Assembly (NCBI GenBank): GCA_951406725.2
Contig: OX597838.1
Span: forward strand, 9,672,001 to 9,736,000
Direction: 5' to 3'
Length of the DNA stretch: 64,000 nt
Source of the DNA: Octopus vulgaris
Lineage: Eukaryota
The translations under genes and the position numbers were made by a program. The notes under the pieces are model-generated. The model was not told the DNA's origin. It saw only the letters and a list, made by a program, of their open reading frames with translations, and did not search any database. How positions within the stretch are numbered: the first letter of the stretch is position 1; every line of letters begins with the position of its first letter. Shown here in pieces: positions 18,290 to 32,945 of the stretch.

Positions 18290-18313
18290 CGGCGGCGGTA
18301 GTGATGGCGGTGA

Positions 18314-18353
<40 letters not shown>

Positions 18354-18815
18354 ACGGTGGAAGTAGTGGTAACGATGGTGATGTTGTTCTTGGTGGTGGT
18401 GGTGGTGGTGGTGGTAGTGGTGGTGGTGGTGGTGGCGGCTGCGGCACGGTGGAAGTAGTGGTGACGATGGTGATGTTGTTCTTGGTGGTGGTGGTGGTGG
18501 TGGTAGTGGTGGTGGTGGTGGTGGCGGCTGCGGCACGGTGGAAGTAGTGGTGACGATGGTGATGTTGTTCTTGGTGGTGGTGGTGGTGGTGGTAGTGGTG
18601 GTGGTGGTGGTAGTGGTGGTGGTGGTGGTGGCGGCGGCGGCGGCACGGTGGAAGTAGTGGTGACGATGGTGATGTTCTTGGTGGTGGTGGTGGTGGTGGT
18701 GGTGGTGGTAGTGGTGGTGGTGGTGGCGGCGGCGGCACGGTGGAAGTAGTGGTGACGATGGTGATGTTGTTCTTGGTGGTGGTGGCGGTAGTGGCGGCGT
18801 GGTAGCGGTGACGGC
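18290..18815. repeat. Higher-order (GGT)-rich minisatellite, ~90-bp unit x5
   Basis: GGCACGGTGGAAGTAGTGGTGACGATGGTGATGTTGTTCTT anchor recurs at ~18351, 18443, 18533, 18642, 18733. Confidence 0.9.
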
Positions 18816-19112
18816 GAGGTAGGTTTTTATTTGACGTTATTTTCCACCTCCCACCATCACCAATTTCCATATATGGCAATGAGGGATGAGTCAGAAACAA
18901 TAACAAAATGGAGGACTGAGATGTTTCAAATGATGAGTGTTTATAGGTATATGGCTGTGTGGTAAGAAGCTTGCTTCCCAACCACATGGTTCTGGGTTCA
19001 GTCCCACTGCGTGGCATCTTGGACAAGTGTCTTCTACCATAGTATAGCCTGGGGCTGACTAAAATCTTGTGAGTGGTCGACGGAAATTGAAAGAAACTGA
19101 ATGAAGCTTGTC

Positions 19113-19159
<47 letters not shown>

Positions 19160-19421
19160 TGTCTGTGTGTGTGTGTGTGTTTGTCTGTGTGTATCTTTCT
19201 GTTTATGTTTGTCCCACCCACCCCCACCATAGCTTGACAGCAGATGTTGGTGTGTTTACGTCCCCGAAATTAGCGGTTCGGCAAAAGGGTTCGATAGAAT
19301 AAGTACTAGGCTTACAAAGAATAAGTCCTGAGGATGATTTCTTCGGCTACAAAACCCTTTAAGACGGTGCTCCAGTATGGCCGCACTCAAATGACTGAAA
19401 CGTGTAAAAGAGAAAAAGAAT

Positions 19422-19514
<93 letters not shown>

Positions 19515-19544
19515 TAGATAGATAGATAGATAAATAGATAGATT

Positions 19545-19575
<31 letters not shown>

Positions 19576-19866
19576 TAAATAATATATAAATATATGCATA
19601 TATACATACATATATGTACATACCTACATATATATGTATATATAAATGGATATATCGTACAGGACATCAACAAACCTACACAAAATGAGAAACGAGAACA
19701 TAAAAAACGAAAGCATAGGAAACGAGAGAGGCAACATAAAGAACATTCCCTTCATCAGTTGTCCTCTGTTTTATCGACTCCGCGTTTCGAACGTAGGGAC
19801 AACTCATATATTTATATATTATTTATATTATTATATGATTGATTGCCACGCATCCATTTCCAAGTA

Positions 19867-19975
<109 letters not shown>

Positions 19976-20052
19976 TGGCGTTTTCTTAACGCCATGATAG
20001 ATCGTTAGCTTCTACATGCATTTTTTTCTCTCCTTGTTTTTTTTTCTGTGTA

Positions 20053-20090
20053 TCTTTCCGTCGAAGAGCGTAGGCTCGAAACGTAAAAGA
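20053..20090 (+). ncRNA. Minimal hammerhead-like motif; relatives at 9542-9577 (-) and 20377-20412 (-)
   Basis: TCTTT-CCGTCGA-A-GAGC-GTAG-GCTC-GAAAC-GTA-AAAGA; relatives have CTGTTGA and CTGTGGA cores. Confidence 0.5.
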
Positions 20091-20186
20091 CTTGTTCTAT
20101 TTCTATTCCTGAGCGCCATACTAATACATTTGTTTGTTTGTACTCCACCTGCCTTCGTCTTTTGTTTAATTTCGTAAACCTTCCCG

Positions 20187-20298
<112 letters not shown>

Positions 20299-21679
20299 AC
20301 AATTCAGAAAAAAAACAAAAGACGAAGATAGGCAACAAACAGATGTATTAGTTTAACGCTCGGGAAGTGAAAAAGTCTTTAACGTTTCGAACCTACGCTC
20401 TTCCACAGAAAGGAACACAGAAAGAAGCAGGGCGGGGGGGAATAAAGAATGTGTAGTGGTTAGCGATCAAGTATGAAATTTTGATAAGATTTTATGAAGT
20501 GGCCAGCAAGTAATGAACCATATAGGTAATAATTAATACAAGTATATATAATTATATAAATATAAATATAATAATAAGGGCACTGATGAATAGCGCCACA
20601 TGCTAGAAATAGATGCCAAATAGCATTAAGAACTACAGTTACTTTGTCCATTAGCATGGACTGAATGCGAGAAAATGAATAAGATATCTTAAAAGTGTTT
20701 AATCTATAGATCGATTTCTGGTTTAGAGATGTTAAAATCTCTCTACCTTCAGCAGTATAGTTTGACCAACTGTACATAACTATAAACATTTATACACACC
20801 AATACAAATATCTCGTATCCATAATCATATATACAAATGTTAACATTTATATACGAGCTAAATCTAATTTATCCACCTCAACACGTGCATATACGACCGG
20901 AAATAATACCGCAGTGAATATTCTGGTCGGAATAATTGCAAATGTTCAAGGAGTGGGTCTGTAGATGTATGTTTGTATGCACACACGAACAATGTAATGA
21001 GTATTTTTAAAAATAGGCCTACCCTCTGGATGGAATACGAAGGCAGTTTAATACATACTCCAATATCAATTGATTTCATGCTGGGCATGAGAAACATGCT
21101 TTGCTGTCCTCAGTTGGAAATAGTATTTTGATATAAAGTTAGAAACCCACACGAGTTGACGTAATGAATATTTTAGAAATAGATGCCAAAATACTATTTC
21201 CATCTGAGGACTACAAAGCATATTTCTCATGCACAGCATGAAATCAATTGATATTGGGGTATGTATTAAACTGCCTTCGTATTCCATCCAGAGGGTAGGT
21301 CTATGTTTTAAAATATTCATTACATTGCTCGTGTGTGTATTTTTCGTAGAATTGGTGGGGGCTTTTTAAGCTTTCGCTTTGATTTTTAGCAAGCGATATC
21401 TTTATTGTTCTTTAAGGCGGCGAGCCTGGCTGAACCGTTAGCGCGCCGGGCGAAATGCTTAGCGGTACGTTCTGAGTTCAAATTCCGCCGAGGTCGACTT
21501 TGCCTTTCATCCTTTCGGGGTCGATTAAATAAGTACCAGCTACGCACTGGGGTCGATGTAATCGACTTAATCCGTTTGTCTGTCCTTGTTTGTCCTCTCT
21601 GTGTTTAGCCCCTTGTGGGTAGTAGAGAAATTGGTTTCTTTATTTTTCTTTTCTTCAAATATATATATTTATTTTTATA

Positions 21680-21757
<78 letters not shown>

Positions 21758-21771
21758 TGTGTGTGTATGTA

Positions 21772-22180
21772 TGAGTGGTTGTGTGGTAAGAAGCTTGCTT
21801 TCTAACCACATTGTTCCGGGTTCAGTCCCACTGCGTGGCACCTTGGGCAAGTGGCGTCTAATGTAGCCTCAAGCCGACCAAACCCTTGTGAGAGGATTTG
21901 GTAGATGGAAACTGAAAGAAGCCCGTCGTGTATATATATGTATGCGAGTGTATGTATTTGTGTGTCTGTGTTTGTCCCTCCCCCCCCCAACCATCGCTTG
22001 ACAATTGATGTTGGTGTGTTTACGTCCCCGTAACTTAGCGATTCGGCAAAAGAGACCGATAAAATAAGTACTAGGCTTAGAAAGAATAAGTCCTGGGATC
22101 GGTTGGTTTGATTAAAAGCTGTGCTCCAGCATGGCTGCAGTCAAACGACAGAAACCAGTAAAACAAAAAAAGAATAAAAG
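21772..22180 (+). mobile_element. tRNA-derived SINE with internal (TA/TG)n; copies at 170-650 (-), 18950-19410, 32953-33430, 33510-33766 (-), 38395-38550, 54038-54500 and others
   Basis: GTGTGGTAAGAAGCTTGCTT..GGTTCAGTCCCACTGCGTGGCACCTTGGGCAAGTG..GACGGAAACTGAAAGAAG..CGGTTCGGCAAAAGAGACCGATAGAATAAGTAC. Confidence 0.85.
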
Positions 22181-22284
22181 AATGCAAGTGCGTGTATGTG
22201 CGTGTGTGTTTGAGTGAGCGTGTATATGTGTTTATGTATGTGTATGTGTGTGTGTGTGATAAAGGTGACTAAGACACATATATA

Positions 22285-22334
<50 letters not shown>

Positions 22335-23039
22335 CGATGATGATGACGATGATGATGATGATGATCGTGGTGGTATTGGTGGTGGTGGTGGTGGTAGTGG
22401 TAGTTTCCGCAGTTCTTCGAAGTTTTCGAGGAAGGGTGTCAAGCCCTTAAGTGGCCCTGTAAACGGAAACTCGAATGGCAGGCTCTTGCTCACTTGGGGA
22501 AATTATTTGGGCTTTGCTAAGATGCGTGGGAGGTCGGGACAGTGAAACTTTCCTTCTTCGGTGTTACTCATCTGTCATAGTTGGTTTTTGCCTTCTCCAA
22601 ATTGCTTCCGGCAGTCAATATTCAATCTCGATACGCTTCCCTCTCTGCTGCTACTTCGTCCCATCCTGTGAGGTTTACTCTAGCCTGGGTGAGCGGGCGT
22701 TTAAGATGGCCACTGAAAAGCTTCCTGGGATGGTGGATGACTCCTCTGTCTCTATTCTGCCTTTGCTAAGCTTACTATAGAATACAGTCATCAGCAATAT
22801 GGATCTGTCCATAAGTGCGACTTGGTCTGCCCATCTGAGCTATCTGAGCAGCAGTAACAGAAGCATGGTTCCAATACGCGGTATGTTGACCTGCTGGAGG
22901 ACCTCGTTGTTGGTGATGCTTCCTTCTATGAGATGTTCATCTCTTATGAAGGCGTTTCGGCAGCTTAACCTGCTTCCTGGAAAGGACCCAATCTCCCAAT
23001 AATAGATCTAGTCGCATCAAAGATAAAGTAGTACAAAAC

Positions 23040-23688
23040 CACTCAAGTATTAATCAGGATAATAAGAAACCTAAAAATAGGCGAAGGAAAATTATTTGGC
23101 TCACCGCTCTCTTTCCCCTTAATATAAAGACTAAAATTGGTAAAAGATTCCTGTCACTCCTAGACAAACACTTTCCAGCAATTCACAGATACAGGAAAAT
23201 ATTTAATAGTCGTTCTGTGAAATTATCATATAGCTGCTGCTCCAATATGAAGAGTATCATTACACGTGGCCAATACTAAGAGTCTGAACCCAGTTGCAAC
23301 TGTCGCGACCCAGGATCCTGTTCACTTGACCAACGATGTATGGCTAAATCTATCATATATGAGGCAGAAGTTACTGCAACCCGAAATAATAGTACAACTG
23401 ATAAGAAGACTATGTGAATTGGATTATGTGAAGGTGAATTCAAAAATTTGCTACGCTAGTTACATAGCCTCCCTCCGACATAGGGACAAAAGTAAAGATA
23501 CTAAGTTGGTTAGCTACGTATGGTCTTTGAAAGATAACGAAACACGGCATGTGATTAAATGAAAAGTAAGTGAGAAATCCACACCTTATGTGAATGGATC
23601 GAATAAATGTAGACTTTGTTTGGCTGAAAGAGCGCATATCCTGTTCAGGTCTAAGATCCCTAACTCTCTAGTGAAATCCATGTCAGAA

Positions 23689-23690
<2 letters not shown>
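23040..23690 (+). mobile_element. Degenerate Penelope-like element, C-terminal fragment
   Basis: RRRKIIW...KIGKRFLSLLDKHFP..YRKIFNSRSVKLSYSCCSNMKSII and KCRLCLAE motifs with stops. Confidence 0.75.
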
Positions 23691-23785
<95 letters not shown>

Positions 23786-24029
23786 TAAATACGGTAAGAT
23801 AACAAAAGAAAGAAAGAGACCTCAATACTATGTAAATAGAGGAAATTTATCTGTAAATTAATATGTGACCATTATTCAATAGCCAAGATAAAACTCTGAG
23901 TTTCGGCATCTGAAACTCTGAGTTTTATCTTGGCTATTGAATAATGGTCACATATTAATTTACAGATATATATATATATATATGAACTCAAGGATTTAAT
24001 AAACGTAAAAACCAAGGACTGAATTATTG

Positions 24030-24650
24030 TGCACTCGCACATAACAAACATTCAATACAATCTTAATATTAACAACTATCACGAACTTCTCAAAAGCGAA
24101 ATCACAAAGAAATATAAAATAGTAAACAAAAATGTACTTAGAACAATTAATTTAGAAGCCACAAGGATTATGTCTGAATTCCGTACTGATGATAGAACTG
24201 AGGCATTTGTTTCTATTAAACTTAGGATAACTTTAAAAGGCCATAAGGATAACTTCCAAGTCGGGCTTTAGTAGATTAAGTAAATTTTTTTAGATAAATA
24301 TACACCCATACTTAGAAATAAAATATCGTTCGAACTATGGTCTAATACGCAAGCAGCTATTAAATGGTTTAATAATATTGAAAATAAGGATAAATATAAA
24401 TTTTTACAAATAGATATTGACAATCATTATTCTTTTATCCTATTGCATTAAACAAAGCCCATTTTTTTGATAGAAATTATACTAACCTTACTATGAATGA
24501 AATTAATATTACCCTAGCTGCTCTCAAATCTATAATTAAGTTTGATAACAAACATTGGACTAGAATTATTTTGACATCACAATGGGCACCGCCGATTTGA
24601 CCCAAGTAACGGATTTCATTGGAATTTATCATTTGTATATGCTGCATTAA
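24030..24650 (+). mobile_element. Degenerate Penelope-like RT fragment
   Basis: ITLKGHKDNF, WSNTQAAIKWFNNIENKDKYKFLQIDID, FDITMG motifs with frameshifts. Confidence 0.7.
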
Positions 24651-24819
24651 GAATTGTTAATTTCAGCCTTATAACTGGTAAACACGGACCTTTACACAAA
24701 TCAAATATGGATTGAAGCTACATTAATTTCTTAATCTACGATCAATTAAAAACACGTTAATCTCCAACATAGCGGAATGAATATCAAATCTAATCATATA
24801 ACGAAGAAATTTATGAAAC

Positions 24820-25392
24820 ACACTAGTGCCACTGTTCAAGGGGAAAGGGGATAAATGTGAGTGTGGAAATCTTAGGGGTATGAGTCTGTTATGTGTGGTT
24901 GGCAAACTGTATGGGAGAGTTCTGATTGTAAGGGTGAGGAACCAGACAGAGAATGTACTAGTGGAGGTGCAGTGTGGTTTTAGGAGTGGAAGGAGGTGTG
25001 CAGATCAGTTATTTGTAGTAAGGCAGATGTGTGAGAAGTTTTTGGGAAAAGGTGGGGATATGTATAGGGCCTTTATGGACCTGGAGAAGGTTTATGACCG
25101 TGTGGATAGGGATGCAATGTGGCAGGTGTTGTGGTTGTATGGAGTAGATGGTAGAGTGTTGAGAGCTTTACAGAGTTTTTTATAGAAGAAGTAGGTTGTG
25201 TGTTATAGTGAGTGGTGAAGTAAGTGAATGGTTTGATGTGAAGGTGGGGTTGAGAAAGGGCTGAGTGATGTCTCCGTGACTGTTTAATCTATATGTGGAT
25301 GGGGTGGTGAGAGAGGTGAATGCTAGAGCCTTTAGAGAGAAATGGCAGATGAGTGAGTTGTTGTTTGCTGATGATACAGCGCTGGTGGCGGA
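24820..25392 (+). mobile_element. RTE-type LINE reverse transcriptase fragment (frameshifted)
   Basis: [62 protein letters not shown]. Confidence 0.88.
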
Positions 25393-25489
25393 TTCGAAAT
25401 TTCCCCAAGACACCTGATGAAACAAAATGAGGACAACAAACAAGATGAGGACAAATATCCGTCAATTGTAAGTAAGGTAAATAATATAT

Positions 25490-25588
<99 letters not shown>

Positions 25589-25685
25589 TACCTTATTTAC
25601 AATTGTAACCAAGATGCCACGCAGTGGGACTGAACCCGGAACCATGTGGTTGGTTAGCAAGCTACTTACCACACAGCCACTCCTG

Positions 25686-25821
<136 letters not shown>

Positions 25822-26068
25822 TTGTTAGAAAATATTGGTCTCAAATATTGGCTCCCGACCAGTAATTTCGGGGACAGGAGGTTAGTCGATTGCTTCGACC
25901 CCAGTTCTCATTTATCAACCTCGAAAGGGAGGAAAGACAAAGTCAACCCTGGAGGCATTTGAACTCAGAACGTGACGACGCACTAAATGCCGCTAAGCCT
26001 TTTGTTTCGCGTACTAACGGTTCTGCTAGCTTGCTGCCTTAGATTCGCTAGCAAAAGAAATTGCTTTA

Positions 26069-26102
<34 letters not shown>

Positions 26103-26597
26103 TTTTTTGACTACGTGACCGACCAGTCCATCAGATGTAGTTACGCATCGCTGGTCACAATACGTACGCATTGTTTTAGCCTTCGAATGACGCCACTCCG
26201 CGGGCAGGCCAACAGAAGAAAGAAAGGGAGAAAGAGTGGTGAAAGAGTACAGCAGGGATCACCACCCCCTGCCGGAGCCTCGTGGAGCTTTTAGGTGTTT
26301 TTCGCTCAATAAACACTCACAACGCCCGGTCTGGGAATCGAAACTGCGATCCTACGACCGCGAGTTCGCTACCCTAACCACTGGGCCATTGCGCCTCCAT
26401 ATATATATATATATATATGGTAAAGCTTATCTAAAGCAGAACCAGAAATCCTTGGATCTTGAATTATTCAATAATTTTTGCTTGTATGTTTTGTCCCTCC
26501 GCTTTACCTCATGGTGCGATATGAACATTTAACGTGGTACTATAGTCAGTGTTTCGACTGCTATTTCGGCATGTTGGTGTCTTTTAGACACCCTCAT

Positions 26598-26782
<185 letters not shown>

Positions 26783-27154
26783 GGCTGGAGAGTATATCAG
26801 CCGAATCGCTGTGTTAACAACAAACAAACAAGATGAGGACAAATATCCGTCTAATGTAAATAATGTACATAATTCCTCATCTCTTAAATATAGAACTGTA
26901 TTAACAATAGTAGTAATGATTTTTGAGTTAGAAGAAAGACACCATTTTGAGGGGAGGGGTTCAAACGATTACGTCAATCCCAGGGGTCGATTGACTTTAT
27001 TTTATCGACTTCGGAGGGATGAAGGGGAAAGTTGACCTCTGTGGGATTTGAACTCAGAACAAAAAAATACCAGAAGGCCAATTGCTCAAGATCCTCTGCA
27101 AGTAATGATTGTTTATAAATTTGGCACATGACTAGCAGCGGCAGTTAAGTAATT

Positions 27155-27188
<34 letters not shown>

Positions 27189-27576
27189 TGTGACTCTGTG
27201 TAAGTATGTGTGAGCGTGTGTGTGAGTGCATGTTTGTGTAGGGCCATACTTTTTCCGAACGAAATATTAATTGGCTTCCTTAAATAAAACTAAAAATAGG
27301 CAACACACAGACACACACACACGCGCGCGCAAAACAGTCATTTGTCAAATGACGGGGAAGATCTGGGATTCGAGGAAATTGGTCATGTTTGTGTCAGAAA
27401 GGATTAGTCAATCGAGGAGTGTTCTGCCTGTGTGTCACGGTGATGCAACCGAATGTCCTTCATTCAATTATTTGATCCCCATGAACTGAAAAACCACGTT
27501 AAAACTTACCTTGTCATCGGGTTTTTCCCAGCAAACAGAGAGAAAGTCAAACAGAGAAACACACTAATAATATCAT

Positions 27577-27653
<77 letters not shown>

Positions 27654-27862
27654 AGTTCAGCAAAAATTTAGATTCAAATGAATATGGTACTTAATTTAGA
27701 TGCACCAGAATTTTGTATGGTGTTATCCATAAAAATCCGTGGAGTGATTATACTCAAATAAGCAACAGGAATGACTCCGGTCATTTGGTACGATCGTTTC
27801 GTACTACGTAGTACGAAACGATCGTACCAAATTACCGGAATCATTCTTGTTGGTTATTTTGA

Positions 27863-27900
<38 letters not shown>

Positions 27901-28199
27901 TACCTTATTTACAATTGTAACCATAACTCGAATTATTACGAATTGGACAGCCATGAAACGATCGTAGTGTTTTACTCATTATCTTTTATTAAACTTTTAA
28001 TACTTTTGATATATATATTTAAAATAATATAAATTAATTAATTTTATGTATTGGCTTAAGTTTTTCATTGTTTGATTTGCCTAATAGTGGTTTTATCTCT
28101 AATTTAATATAATATGATATTTTACTATAAAATTGGATTTAATCCTAAATCTGATTTTTCCCTGTAAGTTTAGATTTATTCCCTAATATTTTATTATTA

Positions 28200-28237
<38 letters not shown>

Positions 28238-28966
28238 GCTGCTATTTTCCAGCAAATAGTGTGAGCTGCGAGTGAGCAGGATACAGTTGATATATATACA
28301 CGGGTATGGTTTCACTCGTTTTGTATCACTTTCCGTAAATAAATAAGCAAATAAATTAAATAATCTATTGCTTTTTTGTTTTGTTAATTCTGCAATTCTG
28401 CAATTCGTAGTCTTTCACTTCCTACTTCAATAGGCCTCAGACCGATCATCATCTTCTCTTCATATTGAACGACATCCTTAAGTTAAACCATAAAAATGCA
28501 AATAGTATTTTGATTAAAACGTGAACCCGTTAAGGTGTGTCTGAGTAAAGTTGTTATCTTATAATAAACGAAAACATCTAAGAGCACTTAAACACTTATG
28601 GAAAATGTGTCATGCAAGAAGTAAACAAGTTGTACGCCCAGTGCTTGCTTATAACTGAATTGCGAATCTGGTTACAGATAAGAAGAGGAGTGTTTCAAGA
28701 ACATACGGCACCTTCCAGGTTATCTTTTATCAGTTTTTTTTCTCCGTTTTATAATATCAGCCATAGTGGTGCACCTTGAAGATTTTAGATGAAAAATATC
28801 GACCAAGTGCTTATTTTTTATGTTTTAAAGCCCGCTACTTATTCTGTTGACTCCTTTTTTTTTACCGAACCGCTCAGTTGCGGGGACGTAAACGTACCTA
28901 CACCGATTGTCAAGCGGTGGTGGGGGCAGAAACGCCAAAGACACACATATACACACTCACATATTT

Positions 28967-29017
<51 letters not shown>

Positions 29018-29175
29018 TGTGTGACAGGTTTCCTTGCAGTTTCCGTTTACCAAATTCACCACAAACACTTACTCCAAAATTTCGACGAGATACCATCTAT
29101 ACACGAGGCATGATATACACATACACACACACACATATATATATTTACATATATATATTTACATATATATATATT

Positions 29176-29217
<42 letters not shown>

Positions 29218-29378
29218 GGATATACATATATATATATATGTACATATATATGCATATATATACATATATATACATATATATACATATATACATATATATA
29301 TATACATTTATACATATATATATATACATGTATATACATATATATATATATACTATATATATAATATATATATACATA

Positions 29379-29470
<92 letters not shown>

Positions 29471-29482
29471 TATATACATATA

Positions 29483-29810
29483 AAGACCCCCTTCGGTCAT
29501 GAATGACCATGGGATTGCACCTAGAAAGTTACCCTCCTAGACACAAGTCCGGGCAAGGTTGTTTATGGAAGGCTAGCAGTCGCCCATGCATACCAGCCTC
29601 CCCTCTCCACGCCACCAGTGTTATCCAAGGGAAAGACAAAGGTCGATACAGCTTGGCACCAGTGACGTCGCAACTCATTTCTACAGCTGAGTGAACTGGA
29701 GCAACGTGAAATAAAGTGCCTTGCTCGAGAACACAACACGCAGCCCGGTCCGGGATTCGAGCTCACAACCTCACGATCGTAAGCTCGACGCTCTAACCAC
29801 TGAGCCTTCA
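29483..29810 (-). mobile_element. tRNA-derived SINE, ~330 bp; second copy 43570-43900 (+)
   Basis: GGCTCAGTGGTTAGAGCG..GCTCGAATCCC head and shared body ending GGTCATTCATGACCGAAGGGG. Confidence 0.8.
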
Positions 29811-30439
29811 CATATATATATATACATATATACATATATATACATATATAGAGTAAGCAGATATCTAACTAAAAAGAATCTCAGATGCAGAATCTTTCGA
29901 ATGTCTTACAAGTTTTTACTGTGCTGCTGATAGACTGGATTTGGAAAAAAGCGCATGAGTTTTTTTTTTCTCTTTCTGTGAAAATAGTAGTATGTATAGG
30001 CTTCTAAATAATTCCGTTAGCACATAACTTAATACCCCTACGATGAAATAAAATTTTATAGCCGGTATACAAGAGCTGTAAGTTCCGCATTAACTCACTA
30101 TAAATGTTCTCTTTTTCCTGGAATTTTGATGGTACAATCACATATGTTGGGCAGCTGATCTCTACAATAGTGCATGACTTTTGCTCCCTGTCCCAGAGAA
30201 CAATGTCAGGTCTATTGTGCTTGCACACAATGGCTTCTTTTATTGAGGTGTTCCTTGTATTTAAAAGCGTGAGAATATTCTCTTCTGACACGTTTTGTTT
30301 ACATCAGGGCAACCCATCCTGCAAATAGAGCTGTAAGTACTTTTTGCAATTATATCATGCCTCGGGGCAGATGACATCTCGTAGATATTTGGAGGCAGCT
30401 GGTGGCGGGTGATATCTTCTACACTGGTATAGCATATAT

Positions 30440-30507
<68 letters not shown>

Positions 30508-30815
30508 AATATTAAATTTCTAAATATCTCATAGAGATATGTACGGTGGTGGGACGATAGAATGGTTGTATACTGTCAATTTAACGTGACAGTAGGGGAT
30601 TACACCACCGCTGTTTAGCCCTAGGAAGCATCGACGCCTCCTGATGGCTTCGACACATTTTTTTTCTTGTGTCCTTATATATTTACGAAGGGGAGACAAA
30701 TACTCCCAGCAGCCAGGCCTGCATCTAGAGACACGCATGTTTCAGGATCTTTGTCCATCATCCCCTACTGTCACGTTAAATTGACAGTATACAACCATTC
30801 TATATATATATATAT

Positions 30816-30846
<31 letters not shown>

Positions 30847-31744
30847 AATATAACATAATATAATATAATAAATGCGAAAACTAATTTATGTGTGTCAATG
30901 TGTCACACTTAGACCCCTTTCTTGCTATTCAATGACACTCCTACTATTCCTCATGATGGAGTGAGAGTAATAGTGTGCATACAGACGGTGAGGGCGGTGG
31001 CAAAGACAGAGAGAGAGAAAAAGAAAAATATAGGGAGAGAAAGAGAGACAAAGAAATTTAGGGAGTGTTGACGATGTTTGTTTTTTTTTTAAGTAGTTGT
31101 GTTGATGGCGGCAGTAATAATAAGATAGGGGTCAAGTGTGGGTATCTGAGAGAAAGAGACTGAACACTGAAGTAACATGCAGAATAACATACTGAACGAA
31201 CACACAGATTTAGCCTTTTTGTGATGGTATCAGTATGAGCTGTAGTTGTGAGAGAGGCGGAGCTGGCGGTGATGATGATGATGGTGGTGGTGGTGGTCGG
31301 CGAGCTGGCAGAAAAGGTTAGCACGCTGGACGAAATGCTTAGCAGTATTTCGTCTGCCGTTACGTTCTGAGTTCAAGTTCCGCCGAGGTCGACTTTGCCC
31401 GTCATCCTTTCGGGGGTCGATAAATTAAGTACTAGTTACACACTGGGGTCGATATAATCGGCTTAATCCGTCTGTCTGTCCTTGTTTGTCTACTCTGTGT
31501 TTAGCCCCTTGTGGGTAGTAAAGAAAGAGGTAGTGGTGGTTGTGGTGGTGGTGTCGGTGGTGGTGGTGGTGGTGTCGGTGGTGGTGGTGGTGGTGTCGGT
31601 GGTGGTGGTGGTGGTGTCGGTGGTGGTGGTGGTGGTGGTGGTGGTGGTGGTGGTGGTGGTGGTGGTGGTGGTGGTGGTGGTGGTGGTGTTCAGGGATGAC
31701 GGTGATAGTAAGCGATGTGAAAGACAGTGATGATGGTGGTGGAC

Positions 31745-32945
31745 GGGTAGTTAACGAAGTCAAAGGTATCCACTGTTCTTTTTATCCAGGAGTGTGGTAT
31801 CATATCGTATGCTTTGCGATAATCAACCCATGCCATGCTCAAGTTTGTATGTCTTCTCTTGCAGTTCCTGATAATTAGATAATCATTTAAGAGCTGACAT
31901 TTCGTTCTCCGGCTCCTTTTTCGGCACCCTTTCTGTTCAATGGGTAGCAGCCCACTTTTTTCCAAGTATCTGTACAGTTCACCGGCCAAAGCATCTGACA
32001 TTAGTTTCCACATTAGCGGAAGGCATGTTATTGGCCTGAAACTGGATGGAGCATTTCCCTTTTCAGGATCCTTGGCACATAACAATGTCTTTCCCTTTCT
32101 CGTCCAGCTGGGTACTGTGCCTTCCTGCAAGCACTCATCTAGCTGTGGTGCTATCCTTTCATGAAGCCCTCTCAGCTTCTTCATCCAATACCTATTTCTT
32201 TACTACCCACAAGGGGCTAAGCACAGAAAGGACAAACAAGGACAGACAAAGGGATTAAGTCGATTACATCGACCCCAGTGCAAAACTGGTACTTAATTTA
32301 TCGACCCCGAAAGGATGAAAGGCAAAGTCGACTTCGGCGGAATTTGAACTCAGAACGTAAAGACAGACGAAATACTGCTACGCATTTCGTCCGGCGTGTT
32401 AACGGTTCTGCCAGCTCGCCGCCCTTCGTCCTCAGACCCCACCGGTCTTACGCTCTTCCAATTTGAGAATTTTCTTAACTGATTTTTTATCATTTCTGTA
32501 GTTATCTTTATGTCTTCTTGGACTTCTATATTTTAAAATCTATCTTGGATTTCATGCAGCCACTCCGCTTCATCTTTATGCTCTGCAGGTTGGTTCCAGA
32601 TCCCTCTCCAGAATGCCTTGCTTTTCTCTGCATCTGATATCATTGTTACGTGTATTTGCCCATCTAGTTCCTGAAACAGTTTCTTCTGATTTGCTTCAAA
32701 AAATCTGTTTTTGCCTGAACTATTTTCTTTTTTTTTTTTTTTTCTATTGTCCTATCTTTCCAGTTTTGCTATGATTGCTACTACCCTTTCTTTCAATTCT
32801 TCCAATATCACATCATACCCTTTATCTCTTATTCTCTATGTTCTTTCCAGCATTATTCTCACGTTTTCATTCTGCAATTCCCCTCTTCTCAATCTATCAA
32901 CTTGTCCTAAATGTCTTTTTAACTTTGTTTGTTTCGTACAAATTC
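31745..32945 (-). mobile_element. R4/Dong-clade RT fragment interrupted by a SINE (32190-32425)
   Basis: [38 protein letters not shown]. Confidence 0.88.

Noticed and set aside
18203-19026. Formin- or extensin-like poly-Pro ORFs
   Set aside because: Higher-order GGT minisatellite joined to a SINE; no splice or domain support
19740-19805. Permuted hammerhead on minus strand (GAAACGCGGAGTC ... CTGATGAAGGGA)
   Set aside because: Both core words present but I could not build convincing stems I and II in any topology
27271-27489. Duplicated 70-aa ORF (also 34557-34769) as a small gene
   Set aside because: Starts at TTG, includes (CA)n-derived codons, and recurs only because the block is duplicated
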